DNA of 64,000 nt from Planktothrix tepida (GTDB lineage Bacteria > Cyanobacteriota > Cyanobacteriia > Cyanobacteriales > Microcoleaceae), in NCBI RefSeq assembly GCF_904830955.1, contig NZ_LR882970.1; one strand, 5' to 3'. Positions within the stretch are counted from its first letter, which is position 1. Each line of letters starts with the position of its first letter. Position numbers and translations under genes: made by a program. A model generated the notes under the pieces. That model made no database searches, was not told the origin of the DNA, and worked only from the letters and a program-made list of their open reading frames with translations. Positions 49,692 to 59,499 of this stretch are shown here, piece after piece.

Positions 49692-50066
49692 CGCGATTTA
49701 AAGTTTTGCACAATAATATCATAGGTAGGTTGACACTTCCTCACCCTAAAAGGGCGGAGATTCTTGGTTCACGGACTCAACTTATCTAAGCAGGTATGAC
49801 AACCAACCCAGATAGAGGTTGTATCTCCCCAAAAGTGTTTAGGTCTGGCGACCAACTTCCGATAGGCCCTATCGTAGCTTTTTTGAGTCTATTGAATGCA
49901 GCCCTTTGATTCTATATTTTACCTAGGTTATAGAAACTGGAGCAAGCGATAAAAATTTTAGGTGATTTAATAAAAATTATTCTCTAAATGAGATTCAAAA
50001 ATAGAATCGATTAAAAATATATTTTTAACCAATTTAAAGGTATATTTTTATTCTATTTTTGAATAT

Positions 50067-51089
50067 TTAGAGAATATCTGAAGCGACTTTAACTTGATCT
50101 CGTCCTTCTGACTTGGCGTGATACATGGCTTTGTCTGCCGCACTAATCAACTCTTGTAAATGGGATTCTTCTCCGGGAATAGAACAGGCAACCCCTAAAC
50201 TACTGGTAATATAAGAACGGATGGGAGAGGAACGATGGGGAATTTTTAAATATCGAATTTGCAGTTGAATTTCTTCAGCAACTTTACGCGCATTTTCTTG
50301 ATCTAAATAGGGTAAAATTACAGCAAATTCTTCTCCCCCATAACGGGCGACTAAATAGGGTTCTGGTTCCCTAACTCTACGAACTGCCGTTTCAATAGCC
50401 TGGGCTATTTGTTGTAAACAATAATCCCCGGCTAAATGACCGTAAGTATCATTATAAAGTTTGAAAAAATCCACATCACATAAGATCATGGAAAGATAGT
50501 CTTCTTGGCAGGATTGCCATTGTTCTTGTAAGTAGCTATAAAATTGACGACGATTGGCTACTTGAGTTAAATCATCTAAAGAAGCTAGACGTTTCAGGTG
50601 TTGGTTTTCAGCTTGTAATTTAATTAATAATTTTTGCTGCATTTCAATTTGATTTTTGAGACTTTTAATCGTTGTATCAATCGGTAAATCACCAAAGGAA
50701 AAATTCGAGGCTGTCAAGGGATTATTCGCCTCAAGGGTTGAGGTAAAGGACGTTAGATATTGTACATTCAAGTCAGAATAACTATTCATCCATAACACCG
50801 GAACATTTTCAGTGATTTTAGCTTGCTTCAACTTGTGATAGGTTTCTTGGGGATTAGCTTGGTTGGGGTCAAAGGGAATCAGAATAACGTCTGGATTCGT
50901 ATATTCTGCATGAAAAATCGCACTATCTGGATGAGGCGCAATCACAAAACTTAAGTGCAGTTGGTTCAATAATTTAACAAATGATCTAAAATTTAAGGGA
51001 TGGGTTTCTTCTATAATAATAATCATATAGGGCTTTAATTGATTTTGATTCATCACGGGCGTGCAACCTGAGAAATTTAAGTTCAGCAT
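50067..51089 (-). CDS. Diguanylate cyclase (GGDEF) with an N-terminal degenerate receiver-like domain
   Basis: RYGGEEFAVILP is the GGEEF active site. The N-terminal domain is REC-like but lacks the canonical DD pair. Confidence 0.8.
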   Translation of the reverse strand: MLNLNFSGCTPVMNQNQLKPYMIIIIEETHPLNFRSFVKLLNQLHLSFVIAPHPDSAIFHAEYTNPDVILIPFDPNQANPQETYHKLKQAKITENVPVLWMNSYSDLNVQYLTSFTSTLEANNPLTASNFSFGDLPIDTTIKSLKNQIEMQQKLLIKLQAENQHLKRLASLDDLTQVANRRQFYSYLQEQWQSCQEDYLSMILCDVDFFKLYNDTYGHLAGDYCLQQIAQAIETAVRRVREPEPYLVARYGGEEFAVILPYLDQENARKVAEEIQLQIRYLKIPHRSSPIRSYITSSLGVACSIPGEESHLQELISAADKAMYHAKSEGRDQVKVASDIL

Positions 51090-51351
51090 TTTGACCTAAT
51101 CCATTACGTCGGACTGAGTTAACTATCTAATGTTTGGTTAAAGATGACAGTGATAGCGCTTGGATGAAGCCGTGATAGTTCAAAAGCTTTGGCGTGACAG
51201 GGAAGGAAGATTTCCTGTGACTGACTGGGAAGTTTAAAAGTGATTGAGATCACAAGTTGACCTCGGTTGGCTCTGGGGTGCTGCGCGGTTGACCCTGGGT
51301 TGTTGAGGGTAGGATAGGAAAAGATAGATTTACTGTAGGGACTTTCTGGTT

Positions 51352-51738
51352 ATGTCAATGTGGCCTAGTTTAGTAACCGCTTGTGCGTTGCTGCTATATT
51401 TAGCTGTGACGATTAATGTGGGGCGTGCCCGAATCAAGTACAAAATTATGCCCCCTCAAATGAACGGAGACGAGAATTTTGAGCGAGTGGTGCGCGTCCA
51501 ACAGAACACCCTCGAACAATTGGTTTTGTTTCTCCCGACGCTGTGGTTGTTTTCGGAATGGGTGAGTCCAATTTGGGCTGCTGGTTTAGGTGCAGTTTGG
51601 GTCATCGGACGAATTTTATATGCTTGGGGATATTACCAAGTGGCTGAGAAACGGATGCTGGGGTTTGCCATCAGTTCCCTAGTAACATTTACTCTTCTTG
51701 GGGGTGCTATAGTGGGAATAATCCTTTCCAGCCTGTAG
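51352..51738 (+). CDS. MAPEG-family membrane protein (microsomal GST-like)
   Basis: Four predicted TM helices. ERVVRVQQNTLEQLVLFLP matches the MAPEG ERVRRAHxNxLExxPxF motif. Confidence 0.65.
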   Translation: MSMWPSLVTACALLLYLAVTINVGRARIKYKIMPPQMNGDENFERVVRVQQNTLEQLVLFLPTLWLFSEWVSPIWAAGLGAVWVIGRILYAWGYYQVAEKRMLGFAISSLVTFTLLGGAIVGIILSSL

Positions 51739-51794
51739 AAATTCAGATTATTTATTTTCTCAACAGTTGGTAACGCTCTGTTTTTTGGAACACG

Positions 51795-52022
51795 ATGGCA
51801 ATCGAACTTTTATCTTCAGAACAAACCCTTAACTTCGACCTCATCGAGCATCAATTGTTGCAATCGGCTTTATTACAAGCTGAAACTTTGGGTGAATTGA
51901 CAGCTTTGATTGTTAATTATACTCATTGGGAAATTATGCAAGCCTTTGAACGACTTCCCTCTCCTCAACAACAGCGTGTACAGGAACTTTGGGAAGTCAA
52001 TATTCCTCAACGTTGGCAATAA
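51795..52022 (+). CDS. Small hypothetical protein (75 aa)
   Basis: ORF only. It would overlap the alternative upstream start of the next gene. Confidence 0.35.
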   Translation: MAIELLSSEQTLNFDLIEHQLLQSALLQAETLGELTALIVNYTHWEIMQAFERLPSPQQQRVQELWEVNIPQRWQ

Positions 52023-52032
52023 TCATATTCTA

Positions 52033-53643
52033 ATGTCCAACTTTCCTGGTCAACCCCAACAATCAGAACACCAGAGTCATCCCGACCCTGATCTTAACGG
52101 TTTTGAATACCCGGTGATTGATCTTGAACCGCCTTCCCCTAAGAAACCCAATTTCTGGCGGTTCTTAGCAATAGTCGCTAGTGTCGCTTTATTGATGGGA
52201 CTCTTGCTATTTGCGAATGGGGTTTCTGTAAATACCACAATCTTTAGCAGTATTGCTCTAATGATTCTGGTTTTATGTTATCGATATCCCCGTCAAGGGT
52301 TATGGGCTTTTTTAATTTATTTACCCTTTGCGGGGACAATTTCTTATTGGGTTGGCAACGATCATTTTATTTTCCATTTAGCAAAAGATGGGTTTTATAT
52401 CCCGGCTTTAATCGGTTTAATTGTTGAATTAAGAAAAAAAAAGTTACCGCTTATTGTTCCGCCTCAACTTAGAATTCCCCTGTTAATTTTGTTCACGATT
52501 GCTATTGTTACCCTCTTTGCTGTTAATGGTGTTCAACAACGACACGCCACGGTCGATAACCAACCGTTTGCCGTGGGACTCTTCGGCTTAAAAGTTTTAC
52601 TGGGATATATTCCTCTGATTACCGGAGCCTATTATTTGATTCGGACTCGCAAAGAACTGCAATTTTTTTCTCGTTTGCAAATTATTTTAATCGTCATTTG
52701 TTGCATTTTAGGATTCATTCAATTTATATTAATAATAACGGGGTATTGTTCGGATAATAGCGGTTTACCAGAACATTTATTATTGAGGGCAAATGTGCAG
52801 CGTAAGTGTTTTGTGGGAGGCGCATTAGGATATTACCCATCGGAAAACTTTATTCGTTTACCCGGAACCTTTGTCGCGCCTTGGCATTGGTCTTGGTTTT
52901 TAGTATCCAGCACATTTTTTGGTTTTGCAACGGCCTTTAGTGACCCAAAATTGAAGTGGCGTTTAACGGGTTTAGCGGCGTTATCGTTAGTGATGCTCAA
53001 TGCCATTATTTCTGGTCAAAGAACAGCTTTGTTAGCGGTTCCATCCATTGTGATTTTGTTGCTAGTGGCGACCAGTCATATCTCACGGGTTAAGCGCTTA
53101 TTAGTGATTGTTGTAGGGATGGTGGCTTTAATTCTCGCCACATCAATTTTCGCACCAGAGGTCATGTCTGAACGAGTTGATAGCTTGATTGGACGTTGGA
53201 ATGCTGATCCCCCGGCAGTGTTTTTAACGAAACAAACGAATTTGAGTTTGAAAGCCCATCGCGGTTTTTTAGGCAATGGTTTAGGACAAGCAACAACCGC
53301 AGCCAGAGGATTAGGAAAAACACGATTAATTGAAGCTTATTATCCTAAGTTGTACTATGAAATTGGCCCCTTTGGAGTTGCCGCTTTTTTATTCCTGGTG
53401 ACAACAATTACGATTTTAGGGTTTAAATCCTATCATCAATTAATCGATCATAGTTTATGGGGTTATGGAATTACATTTTGGATTTTTATTGCTTTAATTA
53501 GCTATAATCCCTATTGGTATCCTCTCGATACCGATCCAGTGGCTGTTTATTATTGGTTTTTAGTGGGTGTCCTATTCAAATTGCCTAAAATTAAACAACA
53601 AGATCTGAAAAAAGAACAGCAACAAGAGCCCCTTCCGCTTTAA
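52033..53643 (+). CDS. Polytopic membrane protein, O-antigen ligase/polymerase (Wzy_C)-like
   Basis: About 12 hydrophobic segments. The GQRTALLAV motif region is Wzy_C-like. The start was chosen at the ATG (MSNFPGQ) after the stop of 51795..52022, rather than the ORF-track 51910. Confidence 0.5.
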   Translation: MSNFPGQPQQSEHQSHPDPDLNGFEYPVIDLEPPSPKKPNFWRFLAIVASVALLMGLLLFANGVSVNTTIFSSIALMILVLCYRYPRQGLWAFLIYLPFAGTISYWVGNDHFIFHLAKDGFYIPALIGLIVELRKKKLPLIVPPQLRIPLLILFTIAIVTLFAVNGVQQRHATVDNQPFAVGLFGLKVLLGYIPLITGAYYLIRTRKELQFFSRLQIILIVICCILGFIQFILIITGYCSDNSGLPEHLLLRANVQRKCFVGGALGYYPSENFIRLPGTFVAPWHWSWFLVSSTFFGFATAFSDPKLKWRLTGLAALSLVMLNAIISGQRTALLAVPSIVILLLVATSHISRVKRLLVIVVGMVALILATSIFAPEVMSERVDSLIGRWNADPPAVFLTKQTNLSLKAHRGFLGNGLGQATTAARGLGKTRLIEAYYPKLYYEIGPFGVAAFLFLVTTITILGFKSYHQLIDHSLWGYGITFWIFIALISYNPYWYPLDTDPVAVYYWFLVGVLFKLPKIKQQDLKKEQQQEPLPL

Positions 53644-53863
53644 TTTTTTTCAAAAACCTTGACACAAATATTCAGGGCATAAAACCAACAGGAATTGAGT
53701 AAAGCTCTAACAAAATGTTATAATTATGGCTTGTATTTTATAGAATTGACACAGTTCGGTTTAATGAGGTAAGCCACTTTACCCAATACCAGCATCCCCA
53801 GAGAAACTTTACCCAGTACACCAATAAACAATCAGAGTGGGTCTTTATTCCAACCTGTAGTGA

Positions 53864-55708
53864 TTGGGAATGACCTCAATCCGTACCCCATTTTATCTGT
53901 TTCCAATTGAAATGAATCATTACAACCTGGATTTAACAAAAACTGAAGATATTCTCATCGTTGATGATACACCGGACAACCTCCATTTATTGTCCCGAAT
54001 GCTCACTCGTCAAGGATACAATGTACGCAAAGCTTTAAATGGTGCGATGGCATTAACGGCGGCTCAAACCGTTGCTCCTGATTTAATTCTGCTGGATATT
54101 ATGATGCCAGAAATGGATGGTTATGAGGTTTGTCAGAATCTCAAAGCTAATGCTAAAACCGCAGAAATTCCAGTAATCTTTTTAAGTGCTTTGGATGATG
54201 TTCTCGATAAAGTTAAAGGTTTTCAAGTGGGTGGAGTAGACTATATTACTAAACCCTTCCAATTTGAAGAAGTTTTAGCACGAGTTCAAAATCAATTAGC
54301 ATTACGATCCGCAGAATTGGAAATTCGGGTTTTAAATTCAGAATTAGAAGCACGGGTAAAGGAACGGACTCAGCAACTTGAAGAAGCTAATGCCAAATTA
54401 TTAAAAATGGCCCTTCATGATTCCCTAACGGGTTTACCCAACCGGGCCTTATTAATGACGGATTTACACCAATCCATTCAACGATCTAAAGCTGACCCTA
54501 ATTATCAGTTTGCGGTATTATTTTTAGATTGCGATCGCTTTAAAGTTGTTAATGATTCTTTAGGGCATTTAGTCGGGGATGAACTCTTGATTTTAATTGC
54601 TCGTCGTCTTAACAGTTATATTAAACCCCAGAATACATTAGCCCGTCTAGGAGGAGATGAATTTGCAATTTTATTAACAGAAATTCCCGACTTTCCTCAT
54701 GTTATTGAATTAGCCGATCAGATTTTAGACTCTTTTTCTAAACCTTTTCATTTAGAACGACATGAAGTTTTTATTAATGCCAGTATTGGGATTGTAATCG
54801 GTCATTCAGACTATAATGAACCGGAACATTTACTGCGTGATGCAGACACAGCTATGTATCGAGCTAAAGCATTAGGAAAAGGACAATATCATATCTTTGA
54901 TCCGGTGATGCACGCCGCTGCTTTAGAGCGATTACAGTTAGAAACCGATTTACGTCGGGGTCTGGAACAGCAAGAGTTAGTCGTTCATTATCAACCAATT
55001 GTCGATTTGAATAGCGGAAAAATTGCTGGATTTGAAGCCTTAGTTCGATGGCGTCATCCTGAACGGGGTTTAGTTCCACCTGGTCTCTTTATTCCCATTG
55101 CTGAAGAAACGGGTTTAATTACTCCCATTGGCTATTGGGTTTTATTTGAAGCCTGTCATCAACTGCAAACTTGGCAAAAACAAAATTTAGTGGATTCCCG
55201 TTTATTTGTTAGTGTTAATTTATCTGTTAAACAGTTTACTCAACCCAATTTATTAGAACAAATTGATCAAGTTTTAGAACAAAGTCAACTTGATCCTGAT
55301 TGTTTAAAATTGGAAATTACCGAAAGTGCGATTATGGAGAATGATAAGGATGTAGCTATCATTCTCAAAGAACTCAGAAAACGTCATATTTTAATTAGTA
55401 TTGATGATTTTGGAACGGGTTATTCTTCCCTGAGTTATCTCCATTCTTTTCCGGTTGACACCCTAAAAGTCGATAAATCCTTTGTTCAACGTCTTAACTT
55501 AGAATCGGAAAATGTTGGCTTAATTCCTGTGATTATTAGTTTAGCTAAAACCATGAATATGAGTGTGGTTGCTGAAGGGATTGAATTACCTGAACAATTA
55601 GCCATCCTTAAAGAATTAAATTGTGGATTTGGGCAGGGATATTTCTTTTCTAAACCGTTACCCGGAGAAGAATTAATTAAATTGCTTTCATTAACTCCCC
55701 AATGGTAA
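53864..55708 (+). CDS. Response regulator with REC - GGDEF - EAL domains (c-di-GMP turnover)
   Basis: REC is ILIVDDTPDNLHLL...LILLDIMMPEMDGY. GGDEF is LGGDEFAIL. The EAL domain shows ...EALVRW..., DDFGTGYSSL and KVDKSFV. Confidence 0.85.
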   Translation: MGMTSIRTPFYLFPIEMNHYNLDLTKTEDILIVDDTPDNLHLLSRMLTRQGYNVRKALNGAMALTAAQTVAPDLILLDIMMPEMDGYEVCQNLKANAKTAEIPVIFLSALDDVLDKVKGFQVGGVDYITKPFQFEEVLARVQNQLALRSAELEIRVLNSELEARVKERTQQLEEANAKLLKMALHDSLTGLPNRALLMTDLHQSIQRSKADPNYQFAVLFLDCDRFKVVNDSLGHLVGDELLILIARRLNSYIKPQNTLARLGGDEFAILLTEIPDFPHVIELADQILDSFSKPFHLERHEVFINASIGIVIGHSDYNEPEHLLRDADTAMYRAKALGKGQYHIFDPVMHAAALERLQLETDLRRGLEQQELVVHYQPIVDLNSGKIAGFEALVRWRHPERGLVPPGLFIPIAEETGLITPIGYWVLFEACHQLQTWQKQNLVDSRLFVSVNLSVKQFTQPNLLEQIDQVLEQSQLDPDCLKLEITESAIMENDKDVAIILKELRKRHILISIDDFGTGYSSLSYLHSFPVDTLKVDKSFVQRLNLESENVGLIPVIISLAKTMNMSVVAEGIELPEQLAILKELNCGFGQGYFFSKPLPGEELIKLLSLTPQW

Positions 55709-55711
55709 ATT

Positions 55712-56740
55712 ATGAACCCAGATGAAACTTTTTCAACTCAGGGAAATTTACTCATCATCGATGATGAACCGGATAATATTCGGGTTTTGTCAGCGTTGTT
55801 AACTCAACAGGGATATTATGTCCGCAAAGCCTTAAATGCTGACATGGCAATGATCGCGATTACCGCTTTAAAACCCGATTTAATTTTACTCGATATTAGA
55901 ATGCCCCAGGTCACAGGATATGAGTTATGTAATCAGCTAAAATCCTCTCCAGACACCTATGAAATTCCTATTATTTTTATTAGTGCGCTGAATCAAGTTG
56001 AAGATATTATAAAAGCGTTTTCTGTAGGAGGGGTAGACTATATCACGAAACCGTTCAAAGTTGATGAAGTCTTGGCACGGGTCAAAAATCAGTTAACAAT
56101 TTGTCTGTTAAAACAACAACTAATCGCACAAAATCAAAAATTATTACAACAAAATAATCAATTACAAAATGAAATTAAAACCCGTAAAAAAGCTGAGGAA
56201 AATTTACAAACTGTGAACCGTCAATTGCAAAATTTAGCCTCTTGTGATAGTTTAACCAGTTTAGCTAACCGCCGACATTTTGATGAATATTTTGATCAAG
56301 TTTGGAAACAAATGATCGAAGAACAGCAACCCTTAGCTTTACTGGTTTGTGATTTAGATTATTTTAAAAATTATAATGATCATTATGGACATCCCGCCGG
56401 AGATATTTGCTTGAAATTAGTCGCCCAAGCCTTAGATCGATCTATTAATAATTCTACAGATTTAGTAGCTCGCTATGGTGGAGAAGAATTTGCCATTATT
56501 CTTCCCAATACGGATTTACAAGGAGCACTTAAAGTCGCAAAAACCATTCATCAAGAAGTCCAACGGCTTAAAATTAATCATGAGTATTCAAGGGTGAGTT
56601 CTATTGTAACGGTCAGTATCGGGATTTCTTATGGAATTCCTCAACCGAATACCTCTCCTGAAGAGTTATTAGAAATTGCTGATCAAGCCCTTTATGAAGC
56701 AAAACAAAAAGGTCGGAATCAATATTGTGTTAAAGTATAA
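55712..56740 (+). CDS. Response regulator REC - GGDEF (diguanylate cyclase)
   Basis: REC is LLIIDDEPDNIRVL...LILLDIRMPQVTGY. GGDEF is RYGGEEFAIILP. It starts 4 nt after the upstream gene. Confidence 0.85.
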   Translation: MNPDETFSTQGNLLIIDDEPDNIRVLSALLTQQGYYVRKALNADMAMIAITALKPDLILLDIRMPQVTGYELCNQLKSSPDTYEIPIIFISALNQVEDIIKAFSVGGVDYITKPFKVDEVLARVKNQLTICLLKQQLIAQNQKLLQQNNQLQNEIKTRKKAEENLQTVNRQLQNLASCDSLTSLANRRHFDEYFDQVWKQMIEEQQPLALLVCDLDYFKNYNDHYGHPAGDICLKLVAQALDRSINNSTDLVARYGGEEFAIILPNTDLQGALKVAKTIHQEVQRLKINHEYSRVSSIVTVSIGISYGIPQPNTSPEELLEIADQALYEAKQKGRNQYCVKV

Positions 56741-56741
56741 A

Positions 56742-58037
56742 TTAAAAAATAAAGATTAGCTTTAACTCCCAATTATCCCCATCTCGAATAATCTCAATTT
56801 GGTGAATAAATTCTCGAAAATAAAACCGTCGTTCAGGTTCGGATAAATCTAGCCAAAACTGTGGAATACAAACGGCTTGTGCTGTTTCTTTTAAATTAAC
56901 GGGGGGAAGTTGGGCTAACTTTCCTTGTAATTGAGAAATTTCTGTCCGCAATTTATAAGTTCTTAACTCTGCTGTTTCTAAATCTAATATTCCCGCAGTT
57001 AATAAATCAGGAATTTGTAACAAAATCTCCTGTTTTTGGTTAATCTCCTGAATCATACCTTGTTTAACAATTTGTAAATCCGGTAAATTTAAACTAGAAA
57101 CCGCCTCTGGTAAATCTTGACAAATTCGTTCAATCGTTAACTCTAATCCTGTTTGATAAGATAAGGCTTTGCACTTAGGATTTCGCGGACAATTTGTAGG
57201 ACGTAAATACAAATATTCTTGATCTTTACGATAGGTTGTAACTCGTGAAACCGTCAGGGAAGATTGACATTCTCCACAAACAACTAACCCTGCTAAAGAA
57301 CGCGGCGCACTCGCAGTTCGGGGGGGAAGGCGTTGATTTCGGCGTAATAATCGATCTATCTGGGCGGCTTCATCCCGTGAAATAATCGGAATATGGGTAT
57401 TAGAAATAATCTCCCCATTTTGATATTCTAAATCCCCTCGATAAACCGGGTTTGTTAACCATCGTCGTCCCGTTGTGACAGATATTTTTTTACCATATCG
57501 TTTTTCTAAATAGCGCACCGCACCTCGCAAAGACCCATAAATTAAAAACCGCTCAAAAAACTCTTTAACAATCGGAGAAACGCTGCGATCTAAAATATAA
57601 CGGTCTTTTCCCCGTCGATATCCGTAAGGTGCTTTACCCGGTGGAGGTAAGGTTTTAATTCGATTTTTAGCGTGTCCTTGACGAATGCGGCGACTCCGTT
57701 GGCGATTTTGAATTTCTATCAATAATTGCATTAAATCACTCCGATTAATAGGAGTTTCAGAGGTGTTAAAATCGGATTCTATTGCAATAATATTAATTTG
57801 AAATGATTCTAATTTTTGTAAGCGATCGCTCACTTCTAAAACAGAATCTCCTAACTCTTCTAACCGTCGAATTAATAAATATTCTGGGGGTTCTAAATCA
57901 CAATCTTTCAATAATTGTTCTAGTTCTTCTCTTTCGCCTAAATCTTGATAAACCCGATCCACTTCCCATCCCCAAATTATCCGATCTGGGGGTTGTTCAA
58001 ACAACGGATCAGTATAACAATAAGCAATAATTTTCAT
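56742..58037 (-). CDS. Serine-recombinase-like protein (resolvase domain plus large-recombinase 'recombinase' domain) lacking the catalytic Ser/Arg residues
   Basis: The resolvase-domain core is conserved (LLIRRLEELGDS, IIAIESDFNTSE, NRQRSRRIRQGHAKNRIK...GKAPYGYRR). The recombinase domain is conserved (GRRWLTNPVYRGDL). The N-terminal motif is YCYTDPLFEQ instead of YARVSTxxQ, and LEELGDS stands in place of LDRLGRD. Confidence 0.6.
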   Translation of the reverse strand: MKIIAYCYTDPLFEQPPDRIIWGWEVDRVYQDLGEREELEQLLKDCDLEPPEYLLIRRLEELGDSVLEVSDRLQKLESFQINIIAIESDFNTSETPINRSDLMQLLIEIQNRQRSRRIRQGHAKNRIKTLPPPGKAPYGYRRGKDRYILDRSVSPIVKEFFERFLIYGSLRGAVRYLEKRYGKKISVTTGRRWLTNPVYRGDLEYQNGEIISNTHIPIISRDEAAQIDRLLRRNQRLPPRTASAPRSLAGLVVCGECQSSLTVSRVTTYRKDQEYLYLRPTNCPRNPKCKALSYQTGLELTIERICQDLPEAVSSLNLPDLQIVKQGMIQEINQKQEILLQIPDLLTAGILDLETAELRTYKLRTEISQLQGKLAQLPPVNLKETAQAVCIPQFWLDLSEPERRFYFREFIHQIEIIRDGDNWELKLIFIF

Positions 58038-58411
58038 GCTTCATTTAATTCAATTATATTACCATCAGGATCTTGTGTAAACAAGGCAGCACGACCGGAA
58101 GCACTCATTTGAAAAGAACAATTATAAGTCATTAACTGTTGTTTCGCAGTTTCTAAATCTTCAACAGCAAAAGCCAAATGTCGATTTCGTCCCCATTTCT
58201 GATTATTAACTTGATCGTTAATTACAGTTTCAGCTTGAATTAAATGAATTTGAAACTCACCAATTTGATACCAAATACCCGGAAAATTTAACGGACGTTC
58301 AACTTTTTCTAAGCTTAACACTTGACTATAAAATTGTTCAGATTTTTCTAAATTAGACACTAAAATAGCAGCATGGAGATATTTATTGATTTGCATAATA
58401 TCCAAAAACAA
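58034..58411 (-). CDS. VOC-family (glyoxalase/bleomycin-resistance/dioxygenase fold) protein
   Basis: 125 aa with a H...E metal-ligand pattern typical of VOC. Its stop overlaps the start of the recombinase-like gene (ATGA). Confidence 0.65.
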   Translation of the reverse strand: MFLDIMQINKYLHAAILVSNLEKSEQFYSQVLSLEKVERPLNFPGIWYQIGEFQIHLIQAETVINDQVNNQKWGRNRHLAFAVEDLETAKQQLMTYNCSFQMSASGRAALFTQDPDGNIIELNEA

Positions 58412-58565
58412 AACAATATATTAATTATATAACAGTCCTAAATAAGTAGGCCTATTTTCAATTGACTCAACCCCTAGCAAATATTGAAAATCTGATTAAA
58501 TGGATGCGATCGCTAGTTGCAGAATTTTAATCATCATCCAAGGTGGGCTAAAACCCACCCTATTG

Positions 58566-59363
58566 TTAATTTTTAAAGAGTAAATTAGCGTTAGTGATAC
58601 TAACATACTCCAAGACCTTTTGTTGAAGGTCAGTTTCAATCTCTTTGGGAGTGACAGGTTGAGGATATAATGACAGAATTTCTGTAATTTCTTTGACACA
58701 CAGAGATAGCCGTTGAATATGCTTAGGTGTCATTTTGGTATCGGTGGATAAATCTAAAACCTCCTCAATAGGTGGTACCTCTTGAACTTTAGATTTATCC
58801 TCCTCTCGAACACAAGTTCCCCCATCACAGTCGATGTGTAATTCATGTTGATAATGGGTCGGAATTGCCCACCCTCTTTGTCCGGCGTGTTCATGACCGA
58901 GCTTTTCATTTTCGATATATTCACCTGCGGATTCAAAACGGTGTTCATGCCAGTAGGGGATGGTAAAATAACCAAAGGATTTCCGATATTCTTCAGAATC
59001 AACCAACTCTGAAACCAGGGCACCAACCCCATGACGAACTAAAATATCATCCCATTCATGTAGTTCTTCATTATTTTTGGGGGCTCGTCCTAAAAAATGT
59101 TTACAGGCATTTTCAATAAATTTCATATTAGAGCTATTTTCATAAAAAAGCTCTAAATAAATCGGACGAACTGCTAAACTTTTTAAGAAATGACGAATCC
59201 CTATTTTTCCTTTGATAAAATCTTTTTCTAAATCAACTAATTGTTTCCGTTCAGACTCATATAATTGCCGTTCTAAAACTTGTTGATAAATCTGTTTTAA
59301 AACAAATTCTCGTTCTTCCGGGGAAGCGTCATGACGAGTCGTTACAGGTTGAGTTAACGTCAT
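58566..59363 (-). CDS. Phycobilisome-linker-domain protein (CpcG-like N-terminal domain, atypical C-terminus)
   Basis: VLKQIYQQVLER...IRHFLKSLAVRPIYLELFYE...FIENACKHFLGRAP...EEYRKSFGYFTIPY matches the PBS_linker_poly domain consensus (YRQVF...R.Fv..la.S..Y...f...n.r.ie...kh.LGR...DS.EY...FG...vPY). Confidence 0.65.
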   Translation of the reverse strand: MTLTQPVTTRHDASPEEREFVLKQIYQQVLERQLYESERKQLVDLEKDFIKGKIGIRHFLKSLAVRPIYLELFYENSSNMKFIENACKHFLGRAPKNNEELHEWDDILVRHGVGALVSELVDSEEYRKSFGYFTIPYWHEHRFESAGEYIENEKLGHEHAGQRGWAIPTHYQHELHIDCDGGTCVREEDKSKVQEVPPIEEVLDLSTDTKMTPKHIQRLSLCVKEITEILSLYPQPVTPKEIETDLQQKVLEYVSITNANLLFKN

Positions 59364-59499
59364 AAATAAATTAAACTCCTGTGTGCATTAATATTCCAAA
59401 TCAGCCTGAATTTACCTGCTATTGTATGAGGATTGAAAATATCATTCCTGTGGCTGGGAACGAAGGAACACCCTGAAAAAAATCAACAATCAATCCGTT

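Noticed and set aside
51910-52032. Upstream start (51910) for the Wzy-like membrane protein
   Set aside because: That start would overlap the plausible 75-aa ORF 51795..52022. An in-frame ATG at 52033 follows directly after that ORF's stop, so the shorter start is preferred. Confidence in this choice is low.
56742-58037. Active integrase/transposon
   Set aside because: The resolvase catalytic Ser/Arg residues are missing. There are no flanking inverted or direct repeats. The gene is translationally coupled to a VOC gene. It is more consistent with a domesticated protein.
58496-59032. ORFs 58496..58699 and 58754..59032 on the minus strand
   Set aside because: They overlap or are nested in the PBS-linker-domain CDS (58566..59363) in other frames and have no features.
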